Shown: in pieces, positions 6,988-19,888 of the stretch
How positions within the stretch are numbered: position 1 is the first letter of the stretch
Layout of the letters: each line of letters opens with the position of its first letter
NCBI GenBank assembly: GCA_012719075.1
Contig: JAAYBB010000067.1
Coordinates: 1-29,484, forward strand
DNA length: 29,484 nt
Reading direction: 5' to 3'
Origin: Clostridiales bacterium
GTDB lineage: Bacteria; Bacillota; Clostridia; Oscillospirales; Feifaniaceae
Made by a program: the position numbers and the translations under genes
Notes under the pieces: model-generated
What the model was told of the DNA's origin: nothing
Seen by the model: only the letters and a program-made list of their open reading frames with translations
Databases searched by the model: none

Positions 6988-7998
6988 TCAACCCTCGCGG
7001 CCGCCGATGGCGGCCGCAAAGCGCGGGGCCAGGCCCATGCGGTCGGGGCCCAGGTGGATCGGAAACTGGTAGAGCTGGTGGTCGGGAAACTGGTTGCCCT
7101 CGATCAGGATGGGCCCGCGCGCCGTCGTGGCGACGTCCCAGCCCACGTAGCGCAGGCCGCCGGTGCGCAGCGCCGCCGCCTCGACCAGCGCCAGGGCCTC
7201 GGCAAAAAAGGGCAGCTGGGTGCCCTGCAGCGGGTGCCCGGTCAGCGGGTGCACCTCGTGCGCGCGGCCGTTCTTGTCGGCGCCCGGCGTCGAGATGCAG
7301 CCCTGCCCGTCCACCAGCGCGCACATGCCGCCGCTGCCCAGGTTGTCCACCGGCTTTCCGTTGCCGATGCGCAGGCAGCGAAAGACCGTCTGCACCCGCT
7401 CGCCGCTGCGAATCGTGACCAGCCGCAGCGTGTTGACCGAGGCGGGGTGCAGCGCGGCCAGCGCCCCGTGCTGCTCCACCCGCTCCTCCACCAGCACCTG
7501 CCCCTGCTCCAGCAGCGTCTGGCGCAGCAGCTCGGGCTCGGCGCCGGCCGCCTCGTAAAAGGCGATGCCGCGGCCGCAGGTGCCGTTGTAGGGCTTGCCC
7601 ACCAGCTGCGGGTGGGCGGCGCAGAAGTCGGCAAACTCGCCGGCGCCGGCGCTGCGCAGGTCGAGCCAGGCCCGCCCGTGCCAGCCGTCGAAGTGCTGTA
7701 AGAACAGGGCCTTGTCGTCGAGCAGCGGCCAGTCCTCGCGCGGGTTGAGGCTGCGCACATAGGCGTTGTTGACGCCGCGCGTGATGTAGCTGGCCCGCTG
7801 GGCCGGCGACAGCCGGTCGAACTGGAACAGCTGGTAGTCGAGGTAGCCCGACTGGTAGCGCAGCGCGCAGGCGGCCATGTCGGCCGCGACGGCGGCGCGG
7901 CTGCGCCCGCTGCGCCGCGCGACCTCGCCCACGGTCTCGGCCATGCCGCCGTAGTTCATGTTCACGAGCCGTTTGGCCAAAAATGCGAGCCTCGACAC
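6988..7998 (-). CDS. ATP-grasp fold protein (sugar-transfer-associated ATP-grasp, ATPgrasp_ST-like)
   Basis: 336 aa from a GTG start with a GGGGGA RBS. Motifs recalled for this family: VGKPYNGTCGRGI, HPASVNTLRLVTI, VDNLGSGGMCALVD, RYVGWDVATTARGPILIEGN. It starts 32 nt downstream of gpsA, so it is likely co-transcribed. Confidence 0.65.
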   Translation of the reverse strand: MSRLAFLAKRLVNMNYGGMAETVGEVARRSGRSRAAVAADMAACALRYQSGYLDYQLFQFDRLSPAQRASYITRGVNNAYVRSLNPREDWPLLDDKALFLQHFDGWHGRAWLDLRSAGAGEFADFCAAHPQLVGKPYNGTCGRGIAFYEAAGAEPELLRQTLLEQGQVLVEERVEQHGALAALHPASVNTLRLVTIRSGERVQTVFRCLRIGNGKPVDNLGSGGMCALVDGQGCISTPGADKNGRAHEVHPLTGHPLQGTQLPFFAEALALVEAAALRTGGLRYVGWDVATTARGPILIEGNQFPDHQLYQFPIHLGPDRMGLAPRFAAAIGGREG

Positions 7999-8030
7999 GG
8001 TGTCCCCCTTTTCTCTGTGGGCCGGCGGCC

Positions 8031-8990
8031 TTAAAACTCCTGCTTGATCGAGCGCAAAAACAGCCCGGTCAGCACCTGCTTGGGGTCGGCCTGCCGGTAG
8101 ACGATGTCGTAGAGCGCCTGCGAGATGGGCAGCTCCACGCCGTGCGCCTGCGAGAGCGCCAGCATGGCCTTGACGGTGTAGACCCCCTCGGCCAGCCGGT
8201 CGAAGGGCTCGCCTTTGACAAAGCGCTCGCCAAAGGTGCGGTTGTTTGAAAAGGGGGAGAACAGCGTGGCCTCGTAGTCCCCGAGGTGGCAGAGCCCGTA
8301 GGCCGAGCGCTCGCTGCCGCCCATGGCCCCGATCAGCCGCGCCACCTCGCGGGCGCCCCGCGCCATCAGCGGCCCCTTGAGGCTCTCGTAGCCGTAGCCG
8401 TCCAGCATGCCGGCCGCCAGGCCGACGACGTTCTTGGCCGCGGCGCCGATCTCGGTACCGATCAGGTCGGTGCCGATGTACAGCCGGATCAGGTCGCTGG
8501 CAAAGACCTCGACCAGCCGGCGGGTCAGCGCGGGGTCCTGCGAGTCGATGACCATCACGCCGGGGATGCCGGCCGTGTAGCTCTGCACGTGGCCCGGCCC
8601 CACCAGCACCGCCACGCCGACCGGCTGGTCGATGGCCTCCTGCATGACCTGGGACAGGCGCTTGCCGCTCTGCTGCTCCATGCCCTTCATGCAGAGCAGA
8701 AAGGCCTTGCCCGACAGGTCGAAGGTGTTGAGCTGTTCGGCCAGCTGGCGCAGGCCCTGGGCCGAGATCGAGATGACCACGACCTCGCTGTGGGCCAGCG
8801 CCGCCCCGAGGTCGTCGGTGACCGCCACCCCGTCGGGCAGCGTCAGGTAGCGGTTTTTGCGCGTCTGCTGCAGCTTCGCCCGGTCGCGGGAGTCCGGCCG
8901 GCCCCAGAGCAGCACCTCATGCCCGCAGCGGTCGGCGTACCAGGCCTGAAAGGAGCCCCAGCGGCCGCAGCCAAGCACCGTGATCTTCAT
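8031..8990 (-). CDS. gpsA: NAD(P)H-dependent glycerol-3-phosphate dehydrogenase
   Basis: 319 aa with an N-terminal Rossmann motif MKITVLGCGRWGS and a central GTEIGAAAKNVVGLAAGMLDG. The layout is typical of GpsA. Confidence 0.88.
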   Translation of the reverse strand: MKITVLGCGRWGSFQAWYADRCGHEVLLWGRPDSRDRAKLQQTRKNRYLTLPDGVAVTDDLGAALAHSEVVVISISAQGLRQLAEQLNTFDLSGKAFLLCMKGMEQQSGKRLSQVMQEAIDQPVGVAVLVGPGHVQSYTAGIPGVMVIDSQDPALTRRLVEVFASDLIRLYIGTDLIGTEIGAAAKNVVGLAAGMLDGYGYESLKGPLMARGAREVARLIGAMGGSERSAYGLCHLGDYEATLFSPFSNNRTFGERFVKGEPFDRLAEGVYTVKAMLALSQAHGVELPISQALYDIVYRQADPKQVLTGLFLRSIKQEF

Positions 8991-9064
8991 GTGCCGTCTC
9001 CTCCAAAGTAGGTTGTGTTGGCGCCCATGCCCCTATGCATGCCGCCGGCGGCTTGTCCATGCTG

Positions 9065-9093
9065 ATTTTAGCACAAACGGCGCCGCCCGCCAA
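9065..9093 (-). promoter_or_regulatory. Sigma-A-type promoter for gpsA
   Basis: Minus strand reads TTGGCG (9093-9088), a 17-nt spacer, then TGC-TAAAAT (-10 at 9070-9065). Confidence 0.5.
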
Positions 9094-9472
9094 GCCAAAG
9101 CGCGGCCGCGGGGATAAAAAGGGGCGCCGGGGCACCCCTTGTGGGGCAAAAAGGGGCGGTTTTTCCCGCGGCGGGCGGGACGGGTGGCCCCGCAAGGCCG
9201 CCCTGCCATGAACAAGGCCCAAAGGGACGGGGTGGGGTGCGCGGGTCGCCCTGCCGAAAAAGGGCTGTCGCCTCCCGGTCGATGGGGCGGCCGCCTGCCG
9301 GCCCTGCCTGTCAAAAAGGGCCGTTTTATCCCACGGGTGGGGAAAGTGGCCTCAATGCCAGCTTCACAATGACAGCGGTGCGGCAGCTGACGCAGCTCAA
9401 CGCCAAGTGCGGTACAGGCAAGCCCACCGACTGTTAAAACGGGCTTTCTCCCCAGGCAGGTCGCCCCGCCCG

Positions 9473-9500
9473 TCAAAAAAGGGGCGCCAAAGCGCCCCTT
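9473..9500 (-). terminator. Intrinsic terminator after secG
   Basis: Minus-strand RNA reads AAGGGGCGC-UUUG-GCGCCCCUU followed by UUUUGAC, 20 nt after the secG stop. Confidence 0.8.
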
Positions 9501-9519
9501 GATGGTCTGTCTGTTTGGC

Positions 9520-9768
9520 CTAGCCCCTGACCGACAGGTTGATTAGCACGCCCATCACGACGGTGGCCAGCACAAAGGCGATGCCGAGAAAGACGGTGCC
9601 CTTGCGCAGCTTGGCCTGCGGCGTGGAGCTCTCGTGCCGGCTGAAAAAGGAATCGGCCCCACCTGAGATGGCGCCGAGACCCCGCTCGTTGCCCTCCTGC
9701 AGCATCACGACCACCACCAGCGCGATGGCCAAAATCATCTGAACTCCAATGGCGATCTTCAGGGCCAT
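9520..9768 (-). CDS. secG: Preprotein translocase subunit SecG
   Basis: 82 aa from ATG 9768 with RBS GGAGGGGAG (the ORF track extends to 9795). Two TM helices flank the SecG signature MLQEGNERGLGAISGGADSFF. Confidence 0.85.
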   Translation of the reverse strand: MALKIAIGVQMILAIALVVVVMLQEGNERGLGAISGGADSFFSRHESSTPQAKLRKGTVFLGIAFVLATVVMGVLINLSVRG

Positions 9769-9960
9769 GTCCTTCTCCCCTCCGCCCGCAGCCACTGCCG
9801 CGGGGGCGCCGTTCTTGCGGCGGACGGCGCGCCGAATTTTGTCTCATTAAGTCCCGGCAGCCGCCGGGGCGCCCTCTTTGGGCTTGTATGTGATCGGCGC
9901 AAGGGCCTCCCGCGTCTGCGCGCAATGTCCTGCACGCCTGTACGCAATAAAGTGCAAATG

Positions 9961-9989
9961 ATATTATAGCACAAGTTTTCGCCCATTTC
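9961..9989 (-). promoter_or_regulatory. Near-consensus sigma-A promoter upstream of secG
   Basis: Minus strand reads TTGAAA (9989-9984), a 17-nt spacer, then TGC-TATAAT (-10 at 9966-9961). Confidence 0.7.
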
Positions 9990-10168
9990 AAGCCGGCGGT
10001 GCAATTTTACAGCGCGATCCGGTCCGGCCGGGTTCATGCGGGTTCAGGTCGGCCCCCCGGTTTGGCGCCCTTCAACCCGGCCCCTTTGGGGTCGGCGTGG
10101 TCCGCACGGGCGGCCCGGCCCGGGCAGCGCGGCCCCGTTCAGGCCGGCCCGGCTCAGGTCGGCCCGGC

Positions 10169-12700
<2,532 letters not shown>

Positions 12701-13008
12701 ACGTCCTCCTTGATGGTCGGGCAACCGGTGCTGACTTATTTGTCGGTCTTTTAAAACCGCGGCCTGCGGCCCGCAGGGGAAAGGTCGTGCTTTTGAGCGG
12801 CAAAAGCACCAAAACCGCATCCTTTTGCGGCGGGCAAAAGGATGCAAAAGCCCCCGGGGGCGTTGCGAGGCCCCCGGACCCCCGGCGCCTCTAAAGTACG
12901 CCCGGCCCCCGAATCATAATCAAGGGGCCAAGCCTGCAATAAAGGCGCATGAAACGTTCAGGTGCCGATTGCACAAGCAAAGCGGTTGGGGGCCGGTCGC
13001 CAGCGTCA

Positions 13009-13079
13009 GAGGAACACTCGAAAAATCAGGACTCGCACCCTGCGGGTGCTCAGACAGCTGATTTTTCCACGCGTTCCTC
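13009..13079. other. 71-nt three-tier extended hairpin in the gyrB-gyrA spacer
   Basis: GAGGAAC (13009-15) pairs with GTTCCTC (13073-79). GAAAAATCAG (13020-29) pairs with CTGATTTTTC (13058-67). GCACCC (13035-40) pairs with GGGTGC (13044-49). That is 23 bp in total. The transcribed strand is unknown. Confidence 0.5.
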
Positions 13080-13214
13080 CCATCCGATACGCTCCGCGTC
13101 TGAGCGTGGGGCCCTGTGGAATATCGTCAAAATGAGCAGGCTTATTTTGCTGTGTCGGCGGGGGATTGCCTTTTATAAAGCCGGTTTTATTTTAAGACTC
13201 CGCCCCTCCCGGGG

Positions 13215-15290
<2,076 letters not shown>

Positions 15291-15316
15291 TCATCACGGC
15301 GGAGCCCACGGGGGGC

Positions 15317-15574
15317 TCAGGCCATGTCGTTCTCCATTCTGCGGCGCAGCGTCGCCGTGGCGATCTGGCCGATGTACACCCGCAGCACGCCCTGCTCCTG
15401 CGTGAGCACAAAGCTGCGGGGCAGCTCGCTCGTGAGCGTGGTCACGCGGCTCTCGCGCTCGGCCCGGGCCAGAAAGTCGCGGGTGCTGCGCTCCACCGTC
15501 GTGGTCTCGATGTCGAAGATGCCGATGACGTCCCGCTTGCGCACCAGCACGTCCTGCCCCAGGTGCAAATACAT
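15317..15574 (-). CDS. remB: DUF370 protein (RemB/YaaB-like), in the conserved slot between recF and gyrB
   Basis: 85 aa starting MYLHLGQDVLVRKRDVIGIFDIE. Size and position match Bacillus yaaB/remB. Confidence 0.75.
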   Translation of the reverse strand: MYLHLGQDVLVRKRDVIGIFDIETTTVERSTRDFLARAERESRVTTLTSELPRSFVLTQEQGVLRVYIGQIATATLRRRMENDMA

Positions 15575-15591
15575 GGGCGTTCCCCTCTCTG

Positions 15592-16695
15592 TTATGAAAG
15601 CGCCGTGATCTCCCCCTGCTCGAGCCGGAAGACCGCGGCGGTCTTCGAGGGCCTGGGCAGCGCGCAGGTCGTAATCAGCGTCTGCCGCTCCCGCAGCCGG
15701 CTGCGGACATACTGCTGGCGGCTGCGGTCCAGCTCGCTGAACACGTCGTCGAGCAGCAGGATCGGGGGCTCCCCCACCGTCTCCTCAACCAGCGCGCACT
15801 CGCCGAGCTTGAGCGAGAGCGCCACGCTGCGCTGCTGCCCCTGCGAGCCGAACAGCCGGGCCGAGCGCCCGTCGATCAGCAGCTCGACGTCGTCGCGGTG
15901 GGGACCCACCAGTGAGACGCTGCGGGCGGTCTCGAGCGGCAGCGCGTCCCAGAGTTCCCGCTCCAGCGCGTCCTTGATCTGCCCGAGGTCTTCCATCTGC
16001 CCGGCCTCCGGCCGGCCGCAGAAGGTCTGGTACTCGAGCGAGAGCGATTCGGCCCCCTTCGAGAGCCTTTCGTGGTGCAGCCCGCTCTGGACCGAGAGCT
16101 TCTGCACATAGCTGAATCGCATGAAGCTCAGGTAGCTGCCCAGGGCGGCCAGCCGCTCGTTCCAGATACCGAGCTGCTCCTGCGCGCCGCCCTGCCGCAG
16201 CAGCATGTTCTTTTGCGCCACCACGCGGCCGTAGTCCTCGAGCACGTTTTGGTATTTGGGCCGCAGCTGCCCGATCGCGGTGTCCAGAAAGCGGCGGCGC
16301 TCCTCGGGGCCCTCCTTGACCAGGTTCAGGTGCCCCGGCTCGAACAGCACGGTGCAAAAGCGCGTGGCCAGCTCGCCGTTGCGGCGGATGGGCTGCCCGT
16401 TGAGCAGGATCTCCTTGCGGGCGCCCCCCTCGGCCACGCGCAGCTCGAGGCTCTCGTCGCCGCGGCGGGTCTCAAACTGGAGCTGCACCCGCGCGGCCGG
16501 GGCGCCAAAGCGCACCCAGTCCCGCTCGCGGCCCTGCCGAAAGCTCCTGGCGCAGCAGAGGATGTACACGGCCTCGAGCAGGCTGGTCTTGCCCTGCGCG
16601 TTTTTGCCGCAGATCAGGTTGACTCCGGGCCCCGGCCGAAAGACCTGGTGCTCAAAGTTTCGAAAGTTGTGCAGCGTCAGTTCCGTTATGCGCAC
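15592..16695 (-). CDS. recF: DNA replication and repair protein RecF
   Basis: Walker [17 protein letters not shown]-like signature [15 protein letters not shown], Walker [14 protein letters not shown] prefer the GTG 16695 start (GGAGG, 5-nt spacing); ATG 16707 and 16716 are alternatives. Confidence 0.95.
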   Translation of the reverse strand: MRITELTLHNFRNFEHQVFRPGPGVNLICGKNAQGKTSLLEAVYILCCARSFRQGRERDWVRFGAPAARVQLQFETRRGDESLELRVAEGGARKEILLNGQPIRRNGELATRFCTVLFEPGHLNLVKEGPEERRRFLDTAIGQLRPKYQNVLEDYGRVVAQKNMLLRQGGAQEQLGIWNERLAALGSYLSFMRFSYVQKLSVQSGLHHERLSKGAESLSLEYQTFCGRPEAGQMEDLGQIKDALERELWDALPLETARSVSLVGPHRDDVELLIDGRSARLFGSQGQQRSVALSLKLGECALVEETVGEPPILLLDDVFSELDRSRQQYVRSRLRERQTLITTCALPRPSKTAAVFRLEQGEITALS

Positions 16696-16969
16696 CTTGG
16701 CCTCCATCCGCGGCAATCACGCGCAGGCGGGCCTGCCCGGGCAGCTCGACCGTCATGCCGGGCAGGATCTTCCTGCCCCGCATCTGGCAGACCTCCCCCT
16801 CTACGCGCACGGCGCCCGACAGGATCAGCGCCTTGGCCTCGCCGCCGGTCATGCACAGCCCGGCCAGCTTGAGCAGGCTGTCCAGCTTGATGTGGGGCGT
16901 GCGGATTTCGACCGGCTGAAGTTCGGTCTGCTTTGGCCTTGCCCGCACCCGCCTGATGGCTTTTTTCAT
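16652..16969 (-). CDS. yaaA: S4-domain RNA-binding protein (YaaA-like)
   Basis: 105 aa containing [50 protein letters not shown]. It occupies the conserved dnaN-yaaA-recF position. Confidence 0.8.
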   Translation of the reverse strand: MKKAIRRVRARPKQTELQPVEIRTPHIKLDSLLKLAGLCMTGGEAKALILSGAVRVEGEVCQMRGRKILPGMTVELPGQARLRVIAADGGQGAHNGTDAAQLSKL

Positions 16970-16994
16970 GTGTCGGCCCCCCGCCTCTGCCGCC

Positions 16995-18098
16995 TCATTC
17001 GCTCTTGAGCCGCACCGGCAGCACCAGATAGGTAAAGGCCTCCCCCTCGACGGGCCGGATGACCATCGGCGAGAGGTTGTTCGCGAGCTCCAATTTGACC
17101 TCGCTCTGTCCGCAGTTTTTAAAGGCCTCCTGCAAAAAGCGGTTGTTGAAGCCGATTTCCACGGTGCCGCCCTCGCAGGAGATGGGCAGCTTGTCGGTCA
17201 CCCGCCCCAGCGGCGTGGAGCAGGAGAAGGCGGCCTCCCGGTCGCGAAAGACGATGCGCACCGGGCTGCGCTGCCGCTCCGAAATCAGCAGCGAGGCGCG
17301 CTCGAGGCAGTCCAGAAAGCCCTTGACCTCAACGCGGCACGAAATGGGTCCATCGGCCGGGATCGAAGAGCGGTAGTTTAAAAACTCCCCCTCGATCGTG
17401 CGGGTCACCACCGAGATGTTCTCGGTCTCAAACAGCACGCTGCGCTCCCCGACAAAGACCGACACCGGCAGCTCGCTCTCGCCCAGGATGCGCGAGATGT
17501 CCTGCAGCGTCCGGCCCGGCACCACAAAGCGGGCCTCGGCCTCGGAGCCCTCGAGCTTTTCCCTGCGCAACGCCAGACGGTAGCCGTCCACCCCCACCAC
17601 CTCAATTTGCCCACTTTCGAGGTGAAACAGACATCCGGTGTGCACCGGCTTGCTGTCGCTCTGCGAGACCGCAAAGACGGTCTGCAGGATCAGCGAGCGC
17701 AGCAGCTTCTGCTGCAGCTCCACCTGGAGACCGGACCTTGAAAAGTCCACCTGCGGAAAGCCTTCGGCCGAGAGCCCGAGGATGACAAACTCGGCCTCGC
17801 CCGACGAGATGCGCACCCGCTCCTCGGCCACCTCGATCCGGACGGTGCCCTCGGGCAGCTTGCGCAGGATGTCCCCAAGCGTGGAGCAGGGCAGCAGGAT
17901 GTCCCCGTCGGAAAGGCCGGCCACCGACAGCAGGCAGCGGATGCCGGTCTCGCCGTCGTAGCCGGTCAGGCTGAGCTGGTCCCCCCGCAGCGAGAGCAGC
18001 AGCCCCTCGAGCACGGGGTTCGAGGAGCGGGGCAGCACGGCGTGGCCGGCCGTGGCCACCGCCTCGGCCAGAACGGCCCGTTCGCAGGAAAACTTCAT
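16995..18098 (-). CDS. dnaN: DNA polymerase III beta sliding clamp
   Basis: 367 aa from ATG 18098 with a GGGAGG RBS, starting [14 protein letters not shown]. It has a three-domain clamp layout and lies directly downstream of dnaA. Confidence 0.95.
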   Translation of the reverse strand: MKFSCERAVLAEAVATAGHAVLPRSSNPVLEGLLLSLRGDQLSLTGYDGETGIRCLLSVAGLSDGDILLPCSTLGDILRKLPEGTVRIEVAEERVRISSGEAEFVILGLSAEGFPQVDFSRSGLQVELQQKLLRSLILQTVFAVSQSDSKPVHTGCLFHLESGQIEVVGVDGYRLALRREKLEGSEAEARFVVPGRTLQDISRILGESELPVSVFVGERSVLFETENISVVTRTIEGEFLNYRSSIPADGPISCRVEVKGFLDCLERASLLISERQRSPVRIVFRDREAAFSCSTPLGRVTDKLPISCEGGTVEIGFNNRFLQEAFKNCGQSEVKLELANNLSPMVIRPVEGEAFTYLVLPVRLKSE

Positions 18099-18428
18099 CA
18101 AAGACGACCTCCCTGTACAGGGTGTCTTCCCCATCCGTTCGGGGAAGCTCCCCTTTTCTTTTTCGAGAGAAGAGCATAGGAGAAAAGATAGTAGTAGTAG
18201 TAGGGGCTGTGGAGGGCGTGGAAAACCGGCAAGTCCCTGCGGCAGCAGTGAGAGCGGCGACGGCGGTCAGGGCTTGCCTGTTGAAAGCCTGTGGAGAAAA
18301 AACTGGAAGTTGTGCAAACGAAAAAATGCTGTGGACAGCGGGCGGTGGAGGGCGGGGAACTCTGTGGAAAAGAGGGGATAAAAACCCCCCGCCAACGGTG
18401 CCGGCGGCGGGCCCCTCCCCCGGTCCCT
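18099..18428. other. oriC: Chromosomal replication origin (oriC) in the dnaA-dnaN spacer
   Basis: Same-orientation DnaA boxes on the plus strand: TGTGGAGGG 18208-16, CGTGGAAAA 18217-25, TGTGGAGAA 18290-98, TGTGGACAG 18330-38, TGTGGAAAA 18363-71. Beside them are a GGGC cluster (18204-07), (TAG)5 (18189-18203) and an AT-rich tract (about 18154-18188). Confidence 0.8.
18189..18203 (+). repeat. DnaA-trio-like array, TAG x5
   Basis: Plus strand reads TAGTAGTAGTAGTAG, which is 3'-GAT-5' repeated. It is separated from the nearest DnaA box only by GGGC. Confidence 0.7.
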
Positions 18429-19766
18429 TTACCCCTGCCGGATGTTGCCGATGATCTCGTCGATGTCGCCGCGCAGGTCGCTCTGCTCCTCAATTTCGCG
18501 CTCGATCTTCAAAATGGAGTGGCGCACGGTCGTGTGGTCCTTGCCGCCGAACAGGTCGCCGATCTGCTTGAGGGACATGCTGGTGATCTCGCGCAGGATG
18601 TACATGCAGACCTGGCGGGCCTGGATGAAGTCGGCGTTGCGGCGGTTGCCCTTGATGTCCTCGACCGAGACCGAAAAGTAGGCCGAGGTCTCGATGAAGG
18701 CCCGGTCGATGAGCAGCGGCAGCGAGATGTTGTCGCTGAGCACGCCGGCGATGGCGGCCTCGGCCGTCTCGATGTTGATTTCGCGGTGGTCGAGCAGCAC
18801 CAGCGCCTTGATCTTCTTGACCGTGCCCTCGAGCTGGCGAATGTCCTTCTTGAGGCGGCCGGCGATGTAATCGGCGACCTCGGGCGTCATGGCGACCCCG
18901 AGGTCCCGAGACTTGCGGTTGAGGATGGCGGTGCGGGTCTCGATGTCGGGGGCCTGGATGTCGGCGATCAGGCCCCACTCAAAGCGGGTGCGCTGCCGGT
19001 CCTCCAGCGTCTTGATCTCCTTGGGCGGCCGGTCGGAGGTCAGCACGATCTGCTTGTTGGCCTCGTACAGCGTGTTGAAGGTGTGGAAGAACTCCTCCTG
19101 CGTCGACTCCTTGCCGCCGATGAACTGGATGTCGTCGATCAGCAGCACGTCGAGAAAGCGGTACTTCTCGCGAAAGGCCCGCATGGCCGACTGGCCCATG
19201 CCCAGCGAGTCCACCATCTCGTTGGTGAAGTCGTCGCCCTTGATGTAGTGCACCTTGAGCGTGGTCTTGCCAAAGCGCTGCAGCTCGTTTCGGATGGCGT
19301 AGAGCAGGTGGGTCTTGCCAAGGCCCGAGCCGCCGTAGATGAACAGCGGGTTGAAGCTGTCCCCGAGGTGCTTGGTGATGGACTTGCAGGCCGCGTGGGC
19401 AAACTTGTTGGAGTTGCCGACGATGAAGTTCGAGAAGGTGTAGTCGTTTTGCCCCGGCGACTCGGTGGCGTCCTGGTCCTCGATCTCGCGGCTGACCCGC
19501 ATTTCGGCCCTGGCGCGCTCCTCGGCGCTCAGCAGCTCCAGCTTGACCTCAAAGCCCAGCAGCGCCTCGAGGAAGAAGGCGATCTTCTCGGCGAAGTCGG
19601 TCGAGATGACATCGCGCTGGAAGTCGGAGGGGATCAGCAGCTTGACCACATTCCCGTCCAGCGCCAGCGGCCTGACCCCGGTCATCCAGGTCTCGACCAG
19701 CGAAGGCGAGTAGGCGCCCTCCAGTTTTTGAATGATGTGCGCCCAAACGTCACCAATGGAATTCAT
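18429..19766 (-). CDS. dnaA: Chromosomal replication initiator DnaA
   Basis: 445 aa from ATG 19766. AAA+ Walker A GGSGLGKTHLL and a C-terminal DNA-binding signature LKQIGDLFGGKDHTTVRHSILKIE. Confidence 0.98.
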   Translation of the reverse strand: MNSIGDVWAHIIQKLEGAYSPSLVETWMTGVRPLALDGNVVKLLIPSDFQRDVISTDFAEKIAFFLEALLGFEVKLELLSAEERARAEMRVSREIEDQDATESPGQNDYTFSNFIVGNSNKFAHAACKSITKHLGDSFNPLFIYGGSGLGKTHLLYAIRNELQRFGKTTLKVHYIKGDDFTNEMVDSLGMGQSAMRAFREKYRFLDVLLIDDIQFIGGKESTQEEFFHTFNTLYEANKQIVLTSDRPPKEIKTLEDRQRTRFEWGLIADIQAPDIETRTAILNRKSRDLGVAMTPEVADYIAGRLKKDIRQLEGTVKKIKALVLLDHREINIETAEAAIAGVLSDNISLPLLIDRAFIETSAYFSVSVEDIKGNRRNADFIQARQVCMYILREITSMSLKQIGDLFGGKDHTTVRHSILKIEREIEEQSDLRGDIDEIIGNIRQG

Positions 19767-19888
19767 TAAGACACCCCACACAGGCTCTTTGCGGTGATCG
19801 GGGATGGCAGAGAACCTCTTCTATAATTTTAAAATATTATTATAAAAACTTTTTAAATATTTTATATATTTTTTAGTCGGTATGCTCT

